A stretch of 64,000 bases of DNA from a virus (IMGVR_UViG_2939142107_000001:1-64000), one strand, 5' to 3'; shown: positions 52,272-63,495, counted from the first letter of the stretch. The notes: generated by a model not told the origin, from the sequence alone. Translations and numbers: made by a program.

Positions 52272-52303
52272 CAAAAATCTCTATTGGCTACTGACGTAAT
52301 TAA

Positions 52304-52945
52304 TTATAAATAGTTTTCTTTGCCGGTAAGTAAGCCTTGAGGAACTCGCTTGTCGGCTAGACATTGGGTTCCGCGAATTATGTTAATCAGAGGGCTTAGT
52401 AACGATGGTTCCTGGCGGGCCTCAACTTCTCCAGCCATTGCCCTGATGTAGTCGGCGCTTGCAACGTTGTTATATTCCGTTGCGAAGCAGCATAACAACG
52501 ACAGAACGTGCTCTGTCGTTATTTCGCTCCAGTTGATGTTGAAAAATTCATCGCCTTTTTTGTCGTGTTCGGAATCGAAGATGCTTTGGTGGAGGATGTA
52601 TTTGCCGGATTCTTTGCGCGGTAACTTGATCGCTTTCTGGCGTTCCAGCTCCTTGTAAATCTGCATTGCTTCAATTAGTACCGGCCTGCCGTTCATGAAG
52701 GGATCGCGCAACCTTACACGCTGGCCAACTCGACCCGTAATAAAGCTGTTTTCCTCTTCCACCAGCACGATAAAACCCTTTTCCTCTTTTTCTTGCAATT
52801 CGCGCAGCAGCTGGAGTTCCATATCGCGGCGGCGTTCAGGGTAGCTGGTCCGCTCAGCCATTATCAGCTCATTGTTGATCCATGCGGCAGTCATTGACGC
52901 CGGTTTGCCGACGCTCATCGAAACAACGCATATTTTCTTATCCAT
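52304..52945 (-). CDS. mat: Mat (maturation control) candidate
   Basis: ORF between ref and the res/mod position. Start at MDKKICVVSM (52945) is preferred; the ORF is open to 53092. Confidence 0.55.
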   Translation of the reverse strand: MDKKICVVSMSVGKPASMTAAWINNELIMAERTSYPERRRDMELQLLRELQEKEEKGFIVLVEEENSFITGRVGQRVRLRDPFMNGRPVLIEAMQIYKELERQKAIKLPRKESGKYILHQSIFDSEHDKKGDEFFNINWSEITTEHVLSLLCCFATEYNNVASADYIRAMAGEVEARQEPSLLSPLINIIRGTQCLADKRVPQGLLTGKENYL

Positions 52946-53134
52946 AGCGCCCCTTATAAAAAAGAAAAGCCACCAGCGGCGGCTTAGCAATACAACTGAA
53001 GGTAGCGCCCGGTACTCAGACTGTGCCGTCCATGGAATATTTGAAAAGGGATCCATCCGTACCGGGCATGTGATGATTCTGACTGAAGTCACTTGTCAGT
53101 TGTCAATTATTTCAGATTAAAAATAATATATTTA

Positions 53135-53695
53135 TTAGTGCATGATGTTTGCCATCTCATAAGCGTCAGCCAGCAACTCCATCTCTGACTTGTTCAGCAA
53201 GGTGAATTCTTTCTTGCCTCCAACCACACCATCGGCATGAACAGGGACCAGCCAGGGGTATTTTTCTCTTACTTCAGCCGGTGCTGCATGCTGGTGGTGC
53301 CATCTACAAAGTGGCAATTGCTTTTTGTGACAACCAGGCGCGGTACGACCGGAGATATGGTGCAGAGACACCTCTTCAGATATTACTCCATGCATATAGC
53401 AGGCAATGCAGGGGAGAGCACCAAGAGCATTGGCTATGCGCCGCTCCTCCGCCGTCGGTGTTCGTCCCTTCAAGCCACGAGATTTTATTTTTACCGCGCT
53501 TTTCCGCGTTTTGCTGGCTGGTGGGCGCTCTTTCTGTTTAGCGATACGGCGGTCGATAGTATTCCGCATTTTCTGATATTGAGATTCTCGCCAGGCCGGA
53601 TCAGCCAACTTCTCCCGTTGCCGAGCGATCGCTCGTTCTCTGGCTGCCTTCTGCCACTTACGGTGCTGTTCAATTTTTTGTTCGATTGTTTTCAT
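53135..53695 (-). CDS. ref: Ref, RecA-dependent HNH endonuclease (recombination enhancement function)
   Basis: 186 aa from MKTIEQKIEQHRKWQKAARE; HNH-type motif LHHISGRT...CRWHH. Recognised as P1 Ref. Confidence 0.9.
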   Translation of the reverse strand: MKTIEQKIEQHRKWQKAARERAIARQREKLADPAWRESQYQKMRNTIDRRIAKQKERPPASKTRKSAVKIKSRGLKGRTPTAEERRIANALGALPCIACYMHGVISEEVSLHHISGRTAPGCHKKQLPLCRWHHQHAAPAEVREKYPWLVPVHADGVVGGKKEFTLLNKSEMELLADAYEMANIMH

Positions 53696-53793
53696 ATGGC
53701 AAAAAAAAGGCGGCCTGATGGCCGCCAATGATGTCAAGGAGTTAAGTAATGGCAACGTCTTCGTAGTTGACAAAAACTGCGGCTCAATTATAG

Positions 53794-53810
53794 CAATCAA
53801 TTAGAGCAAT
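53794..53810 (-). promoter_or_regulatory. C1 operator upstream of ref, with a second partial copy at ~53781-53797
   Basis: CAATCAATTAGAGCAAT matches the consensus at 14/17. Confidence 0.6.
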
Positions 53811-53941
53811 GGTAGATATTTTGTTTATCGCGAATCACATTTTTTCACTTCAGTACCTGTGTGCTATACTCCTTCTTGATTGATTGGATGCGGAATACAA
53901 ACCCGCTCTTTTGTGCAGCCTGGCTCCTTGCCAGGCTTTTT

Positions 53942-54253
53942 TTATTTCATCATGGAAGCTGTTAATGCTTTGGACCTTGCTGAACTGATTGAGAGGGCTT
54001 TGTCAACGTGCCCCAAAAATTCGCCAAACTCAGACATCACTTTAGCAAAACCGCGCCGTGCTTCTTCCTCGGTGGCATTCATCACGAAATGTTCAGCACT
54101 ACGCATACTTCTGACAGGGAACGCAACGGATATTGAGTCAATATCAGGCATTCTATCGCTCAGCTTTACAGTGACAATGACGGCTGGCGACTGAATATTA
54201 GTGCTCACTGACAGCACTACATATTTTCCGTCGATGTTGAAATTCTTTCTCAT
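53942..54253 (-). CDS. cra: Cra (cre-associated) candidate
   Basis: 103-aa ORF directly downstream of cre. An operator-like CAAAGAATTAGAGCAAT lies at 54270-54286. Confidence 0.55.
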   Translation of the reverse strand: MRKNFNIDGKYVVLSVSTNIQSPAVIVTVKLSDRMPDIDSISVAFPVRSMRSAEHFVMNATEEEARRGFAKVMSEFGEFLGHVDKALSISSARSKALTASMMK

Positions 54254-54303
54254 ATGTCGCCATAAATATCAAAGAATTAGAGCAATCATTTACGCGTTAA
54301 TGG

Positions 54304-55335
54304 CTAATCGCCATCTTCCAGCAGGCGCACCATTGCCCCTGTTTCACTATCCAGGTTACGGATATAGTTCATGACAATATTTACGTTGGTCCAGCCACCA
54401 GCTTGCATGATCTCCGGTATTGAAACTCCGGCGCGGGCCATATCTCGCGCGGCTCCGACACGGGCACTGTGTCCAGACCAGGCCAGGTACCTCTGACCAG
54501 AGTCATCCTTAGCCCCGTAAATCAATCGGTGAGTTGCTTCAAAAATCCCTTCCAGGGCGCGAGTTGATAGCTGGCTGGTGGATGATGGCGAGGCAACACC
54601 ATTTTTTCTGACCCGGCAAAACAAGTAGTTATTCGGATCATCAGCCACACCAGAGACGGAAATCCATCGCTCGACCAGTTTAGTTACCCCCAGGCTAAGT
54701 GCCTTCTCTACACCTGCGGTGCTAACCAGCGTTTTCGTTCTGCCAATATGGATTAACATTCTCCCACCGTCAGTACGTGAGATATCTTTAACCCTGATCC
54801 TGGCAATTTCGGCTATACGTAACAGGGTGTTATAAGCAATCCCCAGAAATGCCAGATTACGTATATCCTGGCAGCGATCGCTATTTTCTATGAGTGAACG
54901 AACCTGGTCGAAATCAGTGCGTTCGAACGCCAGTGCCTGTTTTGCACGTTCACCGGCATCAACGTTTTCTTTTCGGATCCGCCGCATGACCAGTGAAACA
55001 GCATTGCTGTCACTTGGTCGTGGCAGCCCGGACCGACGATGAAGCATGTTTAGCTGGCCCAAATGTTGCTGGATAGTTTTTACTGCCAGACCGCGCGCCT
55101 GAAGATATAGAAGATAATCGCGAACATCTTCAGGTTCTGCGGGAAACCATTTCCGGTTATTCAACTTGCACCATGCCGCCCACGACCGGCAAACGGACAG
55201 AAGCATTTTCCAGGTATGCTCAGAAAACGCCTGGCGATCCCTGAACATGTCCATCAGGTTCTTGCGAACCTCATCACTCGTTGCATCGACCGGTAATGCA
55301 GGCAAATTTTGGTGTACGGTCAGTAAATTGGACAT
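54304..55335 (-). CDS. cre: Cre tyrosine recombinase
   Basis: 343 aa, MSNLLTVHQNLPALPVDATSDEVRKNLMDMFRDRQAFSEHTWKMLLSVCRSW...RLLEDGD. A few substitutions relative to the Cre sequence I remember. Confidence 0.98.
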   Translation of the reverse strand: MSNLLTVHQNLPALPVDATSDEVRKNLMDMFRDRQAFSEHTWKMLLSVCRSWAAWCKLNNRKWFPAEPEDVRDYLLYLQARGLAVKTIQQHLGQLNMLHRRSGLPRPSDSNAVSLVMRRIRKENVDAGERAKQALAFERTDFDQVRSLIENSDRCQDIRNLAFLGIAYNTLLRIAEIARIRVKDISRTDGGRMLIHIGRTKTLVSTAGVEKALSLGVTKLVERWISVSGVADDPNNYLFCRVRKNGVASPSSTSQLSTRALEGIFEATHRLIYGAKDDSGQRYLAWSGHSARVGAARDMARAGVSIPEIMQAGGWTNVNIVMNYIRNLDSETGAMVRLLEDGD

Positions 55336-55342
55336 TTAACAC

Positions 55343-55564
55343 TCAGATAATGGTTTTAAGTAAAGTGTACAGGATCGGCTCTGCCTTTACCTGTTTATGG
55401 TTCTCGTCATAGAAACGCCAGCGACCGCGCGTGCGTTCTATTTTCTCTTCACCGCGCGATAATGACAGTTGACAACTATCACGATCAAACCCTTTTGCCC
55501 GCCAGTAACCACGGTTTTTCTCAAGCTCAAGATGAGTGGACACTTTAGCAGCTGAATATCCCAT
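55343..55564 (-). CDS. Possible 73-aa ORF between loxP and cre
   Basis: Ends 7 nt before the cre ATG. This region holds the cre promoters, so coding status is uncertain. Confidence 0.3.
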   Translation of the reverse strand: MGYSAAKVSTHLELEKNRGYWRAKGFDRDSCQLSLSRGEEKIERTRGRWRFYDENHKQVKAEPILYTLLKTII

Positions 55565-55744
55565 TTTTCACCTCTGATTGATTGGTGGTGCTAAGTGCGC
55601 TACGCGAAATCTGGAGCACTAACACTGCCAACATTTCGCAGATTTTACGTAGCGCAACCTTGATCAAATGATCACTATTTGACCTGTAAGGTATTGAACT
55701 GTATGGATTTACAGGTAAATTGATCATGTTCAATAACCCTTTAG

Positions 55745-55778
55745 ATAACTTCGTATAATGTATGCTATACGAAGTTAT
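55745..55778. other. loxP: loxP site
   Basis: Exact match to ATAACTTCGTATAATGTATGCTATACGAAGTTAT. Confidence 0.99.
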
Positions 55779-55821
55779 TAGGTCTGAAGAGGAGTTTACG
55801 TCCAGCTGCGCATAAAAATCA

Positions 55822-55838
55822 ATAATTATTAGAGCAAT
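55822..55838 (-). promoter_or_regulatory. C1 operator (immC, Op99 group)
   Basis: ATAATTATTAGAGCAAT matches the consensus at 15/17. Confidence 0.7.
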
Positions 55839-55914
55839 AAATTTTGAGAGAAAAATCCCACTCCACCAGCCAAAAACTGGATTGTTTTTCATAGTTGTTT
55901 GACAATTGCTCTAA

Positions 55915-55931
55915 TAAATTATAGTTTTGCC
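55915..55931 (+). promoter_or_regulatory. C1 operator overlapping a rightward promoter (P99-type)
   Basis: ATTGCTCTAATAAATTA matches the consensus at 16/17. It is preceded by TTGACA and followed by TATAGT/TAGTTT. Confidence 0.75.
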
Positions 55932-56002
55932 GCCGTTTCGTAATACGACTTTGGATTCACTATTTAATGTGTCTTCAGCGTTGTAGAGCGGCTCAGAAGG
56001 AA

Positions 56003-56080
56003 ATGAGCAAACAGGGAAACCTTATACAACGGCATTACAGCTATGCATTGCTCATCTTACACACAGCGCAATGTTGTTAG
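56003..56080 (+). CDS. Possible 25-codon immC leader ORF (imcA/imcB-type)
   Basis: AGAAGGAA RBS, then ATG...TGTTGTTAG. Its stop codon lies within the IS5 target TTAG. Confidence 0.3.
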   Translation: MSKQGNLIQRHYSYALLILHTAQCC

Positions 56081-57275
<1,195 letters not shown>

Positions 57276-57358
57276 TTAGATTACCCCAGCATGGATCATG
57301 GGTGAAACAGTAGGTCAGAGCTTCAGGCTCTGTGTTGTCAATACAGTGAGGCATAATT

Positions 57359-57568
57359 ATGGCTTTCATTCCACCAACCATCGACGACGTTAGACATTGC
57401 TCTAACGCTTTATCTGTAGACCCCGCCGAAACCGACGCTGCCCGCGCCATTGCTGAACACTACTCAAAGATATCCAATCAGGAGTACCGCATCACCCAAG
57501 ACGACCTGGATGATCTCACTGACACAATCGAATATCTCATGGCCACTAACCAGCCAGACTCACAATAA
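57359..57568 (+). CDS. coi: Coi, C1 inactivator
   Basis: 69 aa, directly upstream of c1. Recognised as P1 Coi. Confidence 0.9.
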   Translation: MAFIPPTIDDVRHCSNALSVDPAETDAARAIAEHYSKISNQEYRITQDDLDDLTDTIEYLMATNQPDSQ

Positions 57569-57584
57569 ATGCACTAATAAATCT
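57568..57584 (+). promoter_or_regulatory. Operator-like site between coi and c1
   Basis: AATGCACTAATAAATCT matches the consensus at 14/17. Confidence 0.45.
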
Positions 57585-57614
57585 ATTATTTTCGTTGGAT
57601 CCTTCTATAATGGT

Positions 57615-57655
57615 GGCCAACAACTCCCAGTGTAATCCGCTGTGAGTTGTTGGCC
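57615..57655 (+). promoter_or_regulatory. Perfect 12-bp stem hairpin in the coi-c1 spacer
   Basis: GGCCAACAACTC, a 17-nt loop, then GAGTTGTTGGCC. No T run. Confidence 0.5.
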
Positions 57656-57678
57656 ATGTCAATTCTGGAGGAGGATCA

Positions 57679-58530
57679 ATGATAAATTATGTCTACGGCG
57701 AACAACTGTACCAGGAGTTCGTCAGCTTCAGGGATCTCTTTCTAAAAAAAGCTGTTGCACGCGCCCAACACGTTGATGCCGCCAGCGACGGTCGTCCTGT
57801 TCGCCCGGTTGTCGTTCTGCCGTTCAAAGAAACGGACAGCATTCAGGCTGAAATTGATAAATGGACTTTAATGGCGCGGGAACTGGAACAGTACCCAGAC
57901 CTCAATATCCCAAAGACTATTTTATATCCAGTGCCTAACATCCTTCGCGGTGTGCGTAAGGTTACTACTTATCAGACAGAAGCTGTGAACAGCGTCAACA
58001 TGACCGCTGGCCGCATTATTCATCTGATTGATAAGGACATTCGCATCCAGAAAAGCGCGGGGATCAATGAGCACAGTGCGAAATACATAGAGAACCTGGA
58101 AGCAACAAAAGAGCTAATGAAGCAGTACCCGGAGGATGAAAAATTCCGTATGCGTGTACACGGCTTTAGCGAAACAATGCTGCGCGTCCATTACATTTCC
58201 AGTAGCCCTAACTACAATGATGGTAAATCAGTTAGTTACCATGTGCCGCTGTGTGGTGTGTTTATCTGCGATGAAACTCTCCGTGATGGAATCATCATCA
58301 ACGGTGAATTCGAGAAAGCAAAATTTAGCCTTTATGACTCTATAGAACCGATCATCTGCGACCGCTGGCCGCAGGCAAAAATATATCGCCTGGCAGATAT
58401 TGAAAATGTAAAAAAACAAATTGCCATCACTCGCGAAGAGAAAAAGGTCAAATCAGCCGCATCAGTTACGCGCAGCCGTAAAACTAAGAAGGGGCAGCCA
58501 GTAAACAGCAACCCCGAAAGCGCGCAATAG
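57679..58530 (+). CDS. c1: C1 repressor of lytic functions
   Basis: 283 aa, MINYVYGEQLYQEFVSFRDLFLKKAVARAQHVD... Recognised as P1 C1. GGAGGAGG RBS. Confidence 0.97.
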   Translation: MINYVYGEQLYQEFVSFRDLFLKKAVARAQHVDAASDGRPVRPVVVLPFKETDSIQAEIDKWTLMARELEQYPDLNIPKTILYPVPNILRGVRKVTTYQTEAVNSVNMTAGRIIHLIDKDIRIQKSAGINEHSAKYIENLEATKELMKQYPEDEKFRMRVHGFSETMLRVHYISSSPNYNDGKSVSYHVPLCGVFICDETLRDGIIINGEFEKAKFSLYDSIEPIICDRWPQAKIYRLADIENVKKQIAITREEKKVKSAASVTRSRKTKKGQPVNSNPESAQ

Positions 58531-58555
58531 TTTTCCATCCGGCATGGTCAAATTG

Positions 58556-60040
58556 TTATTCATTAAGCCATGCCAGAGCTTCATCAACCTGCGCTTCGTC
58601 TTCGACGCTAAGCACTTCATCTTGGGGAACATAGTTCGCCAACATAGCGAAACAATATGTATCCCAATGGTCCGGTGAGTGCAGGTTGAGTTTTTTCTTC
58701 ATATCTTCCTTTGACATCACCTTCCATTGACCTGCGGAATTTATCCCTACCGGTATCTTTGATGCTTCCTCTATAGTCGCAGCCCCCTTATCAAGCCTCA
58801 TACGCCCTGATTTTACAGCTTCTGCCGCCTGAATATTCGCGAAAGCGCGCATATCGAAATAAAGGCTTTTATCTTCACGGCTGTGCATCTTTTTACCCCA
58901 GCGGATACGCTGGACGGTAATGCCATAGCGTTCGTACATTAGATCAGCCGTCGATTTCCCCAAGCCATCGCCATCAATAGCTATGGTTATGTTCGGGAAC
59001 CGTTCTGGGTTACATTCTGCGAAAATCTTGGCGGCTAACTGCGTTTCTGTAACGTCTGTGTATTCCAGCATACGATAGTTGATTACACGGCGTTTATTTC
59101 GCTGGCCGGACACCATCATGATATTAATAACGGACTTATCTCGTCCTGTGCCACCAGCAACGTCAACACATGCAACCCAGCCCCATCCTTTGGCAATCTT
59201 GACCTTTCGCCGCGTCGCCCGCTCAACCTCATCACGACCAAGAAGAAAGCCATCTTGAGATTTGGGAAATTCACCACGTACTTTGATCATGTACATGGGG
59301 TTATCACGACCGCCATACTCCGCAAGTTTTGCTCGTATAAATTTTGCATCTACAAGCGGAGATTCTTCACTATTCAGTATTATCGCAGTAAACAATCCAT
59401 CAGGATTTCCCGGGCGAATAGCTAGTCTGTGGTGTGAATCGTAGAAATAGCCTGAAGGTCGCGTAGGCTGGGAAAGAAGCAGAATACGGTTATCCTTACC
59501 GGTCAGCGCACCTGTTATCACACTGAATGCTTTATCACTCACACCCGACGCTTCGTCGATGATATACAAGAGATGATCGGCGTGTTCACCAGCCAACGCC
59601 TCCTCATTTCCGGGGCGACAGGACTTTATCAATATTGTCCAAACACCCTTGCCAGTCACCTCAAAAAAAGACGTTTCTGTAAGAATGAAATACTTCGACA
59701 ACCACGGGAATCTGCTAACAGCAGTAGCCCAATTGCTCTTTATGTATTTGAAAATACCATCAAGGACTTGCTGTCTTTTGTTAGCGACCAGAATGACGCG
59801 AGCGCCGGGGAAAAACATGATGAAGAGTATTGCAATGATACTCGTCATATCCGATTTACCAGTACCATGGCCGGAGGTCACACTTGTCCAACTGCCGTCC
59901 TGCTGCGTGGACTCAATGATCTCATCCTGCTGCCAGGTTGGTGTCTTCCCAAACAACACATCAGCGGCCGCAATCCAGTCATAACGATATAGCGCCACCA
60001 GCTCGCGCCAACGTGGGTCCGTTACGCAACTTCTGGCCAT
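58556..60040 (-). CDS. pacB: Pacase large subunit PacB (terminase ATPase/nuclease)
   Basis: 494 aa. Walker A-like SGHGTGKS. Overlaps the pacA stop. Confidence 0.9.
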
Positions 60041-61233
60041 TAATCATCATCCCCGTACAGTTTGCGGGTAACTTCTTCGTCTTCCTCCTCGTCTTCGTCC
60101 AGATCCTGTTCAAGCCATGCTTCGTTTGATATGCCTTCCGCATCGACATCACCATAACCACCTGTATCGACGATATCGGCAATTTCTTCTCTACGATGCT
60201 CAATCCACAATGCCGCATCAGCGCGGCGGCTGGCGGCCCGTTCTCGCGCGATTTTATCCAGATCTTCAAGTGATGGAGCGCCAGATGCTGTTTGGTTTTC
60301 CTCATCATCGGTATTGGTCTTAGGAGCACGCAGATCGGCTTTGATTTGCTCCAGCATCAGGGGCGGCACTTTTCCTCCATGCGCCTCGATGAATTCAGCC
60401 GCTTCCAGCACTGACCAGTTATTTTCACGCTTTCGTTCGTATGCCAGCTTAACAATGCCAGCTTGCCCCATAGATAAAGCGTGCTTTTCCGCCTCCCGGC
60501 TTTCTTTTCGATAGTTATTCCGGATGCTGTAAATGGTGTTGATCAGGCTGCTTATCTGCGCGGAACAGCTGTTTAGCATGCTCGCGATACGGTATTCAGG
60601 CGGAGTACCTTCATCATCGTCTTTTTGCTGATCGCGCATTTCCTGCACTAGGCGAATACACGTATCCCTGGCGTTCTCCAGCATAAGGAGATGAGAAAGA
60701 GACTTTTCCAGAAGAGTGGTTTCCAGAACATCGGCCCCGGACCGACGCAACATAGCGCGCGCGGCCTTCCGCGCTTCAACGTTATCTATCAGGTAATCGC
60801 CAGCTTCGAATTCAAAGCGTTCACCATCATCATCCAGGGTGTCGCGTTCCAGGCGATCACGTAAGGTCCGGTGGGCGCGGGTGATCACGTCATGATCATC
60901 TGAACGATCATTTATGCGCTTATTTTGGCGCTTCGCATTCTCGACTGCGGCACTGACAACGGCATTAACTCTTTGTTTTTCCGCTATTTCAGCCGAAATG
61001 TGATCACCTGCATGTTGATCATTAGAGTGATCAATGATCATGCTTTTTAGTGGCTTCCTGACTGGCTTATTTGGCTTGCGGCTGTCCGTAGTCCTGGTGT
61101 CTTCTTTGAAGGCACGGAGATAACGACGTGCGGTATTAGGGTTAAGATTAAACTCGGCGGCATACTGTGCGATGGTGTAACCACCATCTCGCGCCAGGCG
61201 AGCAAAATTCTTCTTGTGATCGTCCCAGGTCAC
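60040..61233 (-). CDS. pacA: Pacase small subunit PacA (contains pac)
   Basis: 397 aa with an N-terminal HTH-like region and an acidic C-terminus. The pac hexamer clusters lie inside it. Confidence 0.9.
60854..61040. other. pac: pac packaging site: two clusters of Dam-methylatable TGATCA/CGATCA hexamers
   Basis: Hexamers at 60854, 60882, 60893 and 60905, and at 61001, 61016, 61028 and 61035, flank a ~90-bp spacer. This is the known P1 pac architecture. Confidence 0.85.
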
Positions 61234-61318
61234 TTATGCTTCCTTTCGTAAAAACTCTTTTTGACGCGAGGGTAACGAAAGTCACATGTCAAAAGGCCCG
61301 GAACGGGCAAGCAATCAA

Positions 61319-61771
61319 TCAGATACGTGCGGATGTGGCATTACCGTAATGACGGTGCTGACGGGCCACCTTATTGAAAAGTTGACGCGCCATTACCCAA
61401 GGCTGGTGCTCCCGGCGTTCCTTTTCGTCCTGCGTCATATAGAGTTCGTTCTGGAGTTTTTCATCAAACCGGCGCGGAGCGCGGCTACGGCGAAAGAATT
61501 CAGGATTCAGAGAGTGGATCTGAAATCTACGTGGGCGTGTACTGTCATCTATCAAAACAGACGAATACTTAGACACAGCGATAGCCTTTAAGCGCAGATA
61601 AACATCGCGCTTATCGACATCCAGATGCGGGTATTCCTTTTCAAGAATTGCTGCGAGTTCTTTCGCTGATAGAAGAGATTTAGTGCGGATCATGTAATCC
61701 GCAATCTCGTACGATGTTATTCGTGAGTGATTTATTTCCATGAAGTGGCGTCCCTGCCAGTTAAGTAACAT
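61319..61771 (-). CDS. lpa: Lpa, late promoter activator (gene 10)
   Basis: 150-aa ORF (alternative start MEINHSR at 61741) between pdcB and pacA. C1 operator upstream. Confidence 0.75.
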   Translation of the reverse strand: MLLNWQGRHFMEINHSRITSYEIADYMIRTKSLLSAKELAAILEKEYPHLDVDKRDVYLRLKAIAVSKYSSVLIDDSTRPRRFQIHSLNPEFFRRSRAPRRFDEKLQNELYMTQDEKERREHQPWVMARQLFNKVARQHRHYGNATSARI

Positions 61772-61840
61772 CCTGTCACCTACTGATTAGCCCATGTCAA
61801 CTAATCAACGTGGAATATAATACCCTAGATTAAAGAAATA

Positions 61841-61857
61841 GCAATACATTAGAGCAA
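61841..61857 (-). promoter_or_regulatory. C1 operator controlling lpa
   Basis: CAATACATTAGAGCAAT matches the consensus at 14/17. Confidence 0.6.
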
Positions 61858-61859
61858 TT

Positions 61860-62903
61860 TTATCTAACACTCGACGAATGACTTGTGATAACGCCCACTC
61901 CAAGCGCGTAATCAAAGAACAATCGTTGATGCATCGCCAACCTACCGTGCGTCTTCTCCCAATTATCGCGGTCACGCTCAATATCACGCTGGCATGACTG
62001 GCACAGAGGAATTGCGTAAATGTCATGCGCGCATAATCGACTATGACGAACGATATAAGGCGTAATGTGAGCGCCAGCTCCCGCAGCTCCACACCCACAG
62101 CATGGACGGGAAGCAACAAAGTCCATGTACTCAGGTAATTTTAGCGATTGCAGTTTTGGTATTTTGAAATGCGCCATGCCAGGGTCGGAGTCAACATCCA
62201 CAGGGCATACTTTTGCACGCATCGGCGCGGCGCGTTCTTCCATCATCTGAACATATGCTGTAGCGCGATCGTCATACGGGCGAATATCCGCCTCTTTCAG
62301 AGGTCCGCTATCCTGCGGAGTAGCCTTCATCTTATTTATTGATATGCGGCAGACTTCTTCCGGCATCAGGTGCATCATGTTGCGCATGAAAGCCCACCAG
62401 CACAGCTCCTGAATACTTAAATCATGGCTATTTGAAAGGCCCATTTCCTGACGGGCGACATCCAGTATCCAGTTAACGCGATTATTGTGCAGCGTTTCTT
62501 TCAGCTCATTAAAACCACGCATCCGGTAATGGTTATCGTGATGCCAGCACAACAACACCGCGCTATTGTCTCGTTCAGCGTGGACAATATGGTTGTCACA
62601 CCAACTACGATCTGCGGCCTGGCATTGACCCTCTTTCCTACGCAACCACGCCACCAGCGCGTCAATTCCACCAATACGGCGAAACAGTTCATCGCTGTTA
62701 AAAAACGGCTGCAACGCCTCATTTGTTGCCATGGTTTGCTCGGTAACAACGAGGCCGTCTTCCATGTGCTCGATTAACTCACGCGGCACCGGCTCCATAA
62801 TAAATTTACGGCCAGCCTCCACCAGCTTTCTGACCTCCTGATCCACTTTGAACGTGGCGAGGCCAAGCTCTTTCTGTACAAATGGAGTAATTACGGCTTT
62901 CAC
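61860..62903 (-). CDS. pdcB: PdcB (post-doc region protein)
   Basis: 347-aa ORF, Cys/His-rich; assigned by synteny. Confidence 0.55.
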   Translation of the reverse strand: MKAVITPFVQKELGLATFKVDQEVRKLVEAGRKFIMEPVPRELIEHMEDGLVVTEQTMATNEALQPFFNSDELFRRIGGIDALVAWLRRKEGQCQAADRSWCDNHIVHAERDNSAVLLCWHHDNHYRMRGFNELKETLHNNRVNWILDVARQEMGLSNSHDLSIQELCWWAFMRNMMHLMPEEVCRISINKMKATPQDSGPLKEADIRPYDDRATAYVQMMEERAAPMRAKVCPVDVDSDPGMAHFKIPKLQSLKLPEYMDFVASRPCCGCGAAGAGAHITPYIVRHSRLCAHDIYAIPLCQSCQRDIERDRDNWEKTHGRLAMHQRLFFDYALGVGVITSHSSSVR

Positions 62904-62930
62904 ATCACACCTTTAATCACTGATTGGGCT

Positions 62931-63131
62931 TTATCTGCTGCCCGGCATTCTCTGTTTAAGCACAACCATTTCCTGACGGCATAACACAGCAATAGCTGTC
63001 CTGGCACCAATTTGCTTACCAACCAGGTATTGCTTTACCTTGCGGCGACTCACGCCATCAAGAAGCATCTTTAACGCTTCACGGGACAACTTGTTGTATT
63101 TGCGTGCCATTAATCTACTCCGCAGAACCAT
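62931..63131 (-). CDS. pdcA: PdcA, small basic HTH-like protein
   Basis: 66-aa ORF overlapping the doc stop. Confidence 0.5.
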
Positions 63132-63495
63132 ACAATCTACGTAACGTGTCGGCGACAGAAGATACAGATATCTCGCCAGTCGCAGCGCCTACGGTAAGGT
63201 CTGCCAGTTCAGGTGAATCAAATACCTGCACCCCGTTACGGCGTAGAAATAGCAGCGCACTGTTTAGCGCGGTACGCTTATTGGCATCATTGAATATATG
63301 CCCTCTCGCTGTAGCCACCAGGTAGGTGGCGGAGACTTCGAAAAGGTCGGTGATCTCTTCGTAGGCAACTCTGGCCTGAACTCTCCCGATAATGGCCTCT
63401 GCCCTACCCGGATCAGACATTCCCGGCAGGCCGCCGTAGCGGCTTATATTCGCATCATGAAGCGCAATAAGTTCTTCCGGTGATATATGCCTCAT
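63115..63495 (-). CDS. doc: Doc toxin (Fic-fold kinase of EF-Tu)
   Basis: 126 aa, [22 protein letters not shown]...[11 protein letters not shown]. Recognised as P1 Doc. Confidence 0.97.

Noticed and set aside
50606-53100. Searched for type III R-M genes res/mod (EcoP1I) expected downstream of mat
   Set aside because: There is no large SF2 helicase/endonuclease or N6-MTase ORF in this interval. The interval is only ~1.7 kb and is filled by the two-gene cassette reported above. I conclude res-mod is absent rather than missed.
53237-53731. 164-aa plus-strand ORF
   Set aside because: It is antisense to ref, which is recognised by sequence and by its HNH motif.
55545-55892. 115-aa minus-strand ORF spanning loxP
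   Set aside because: It runs through loxP and a C1 operator in a known regulatory region, has no RBS and uses AT-rich low-complexity codons. It is unlikely to be coding.
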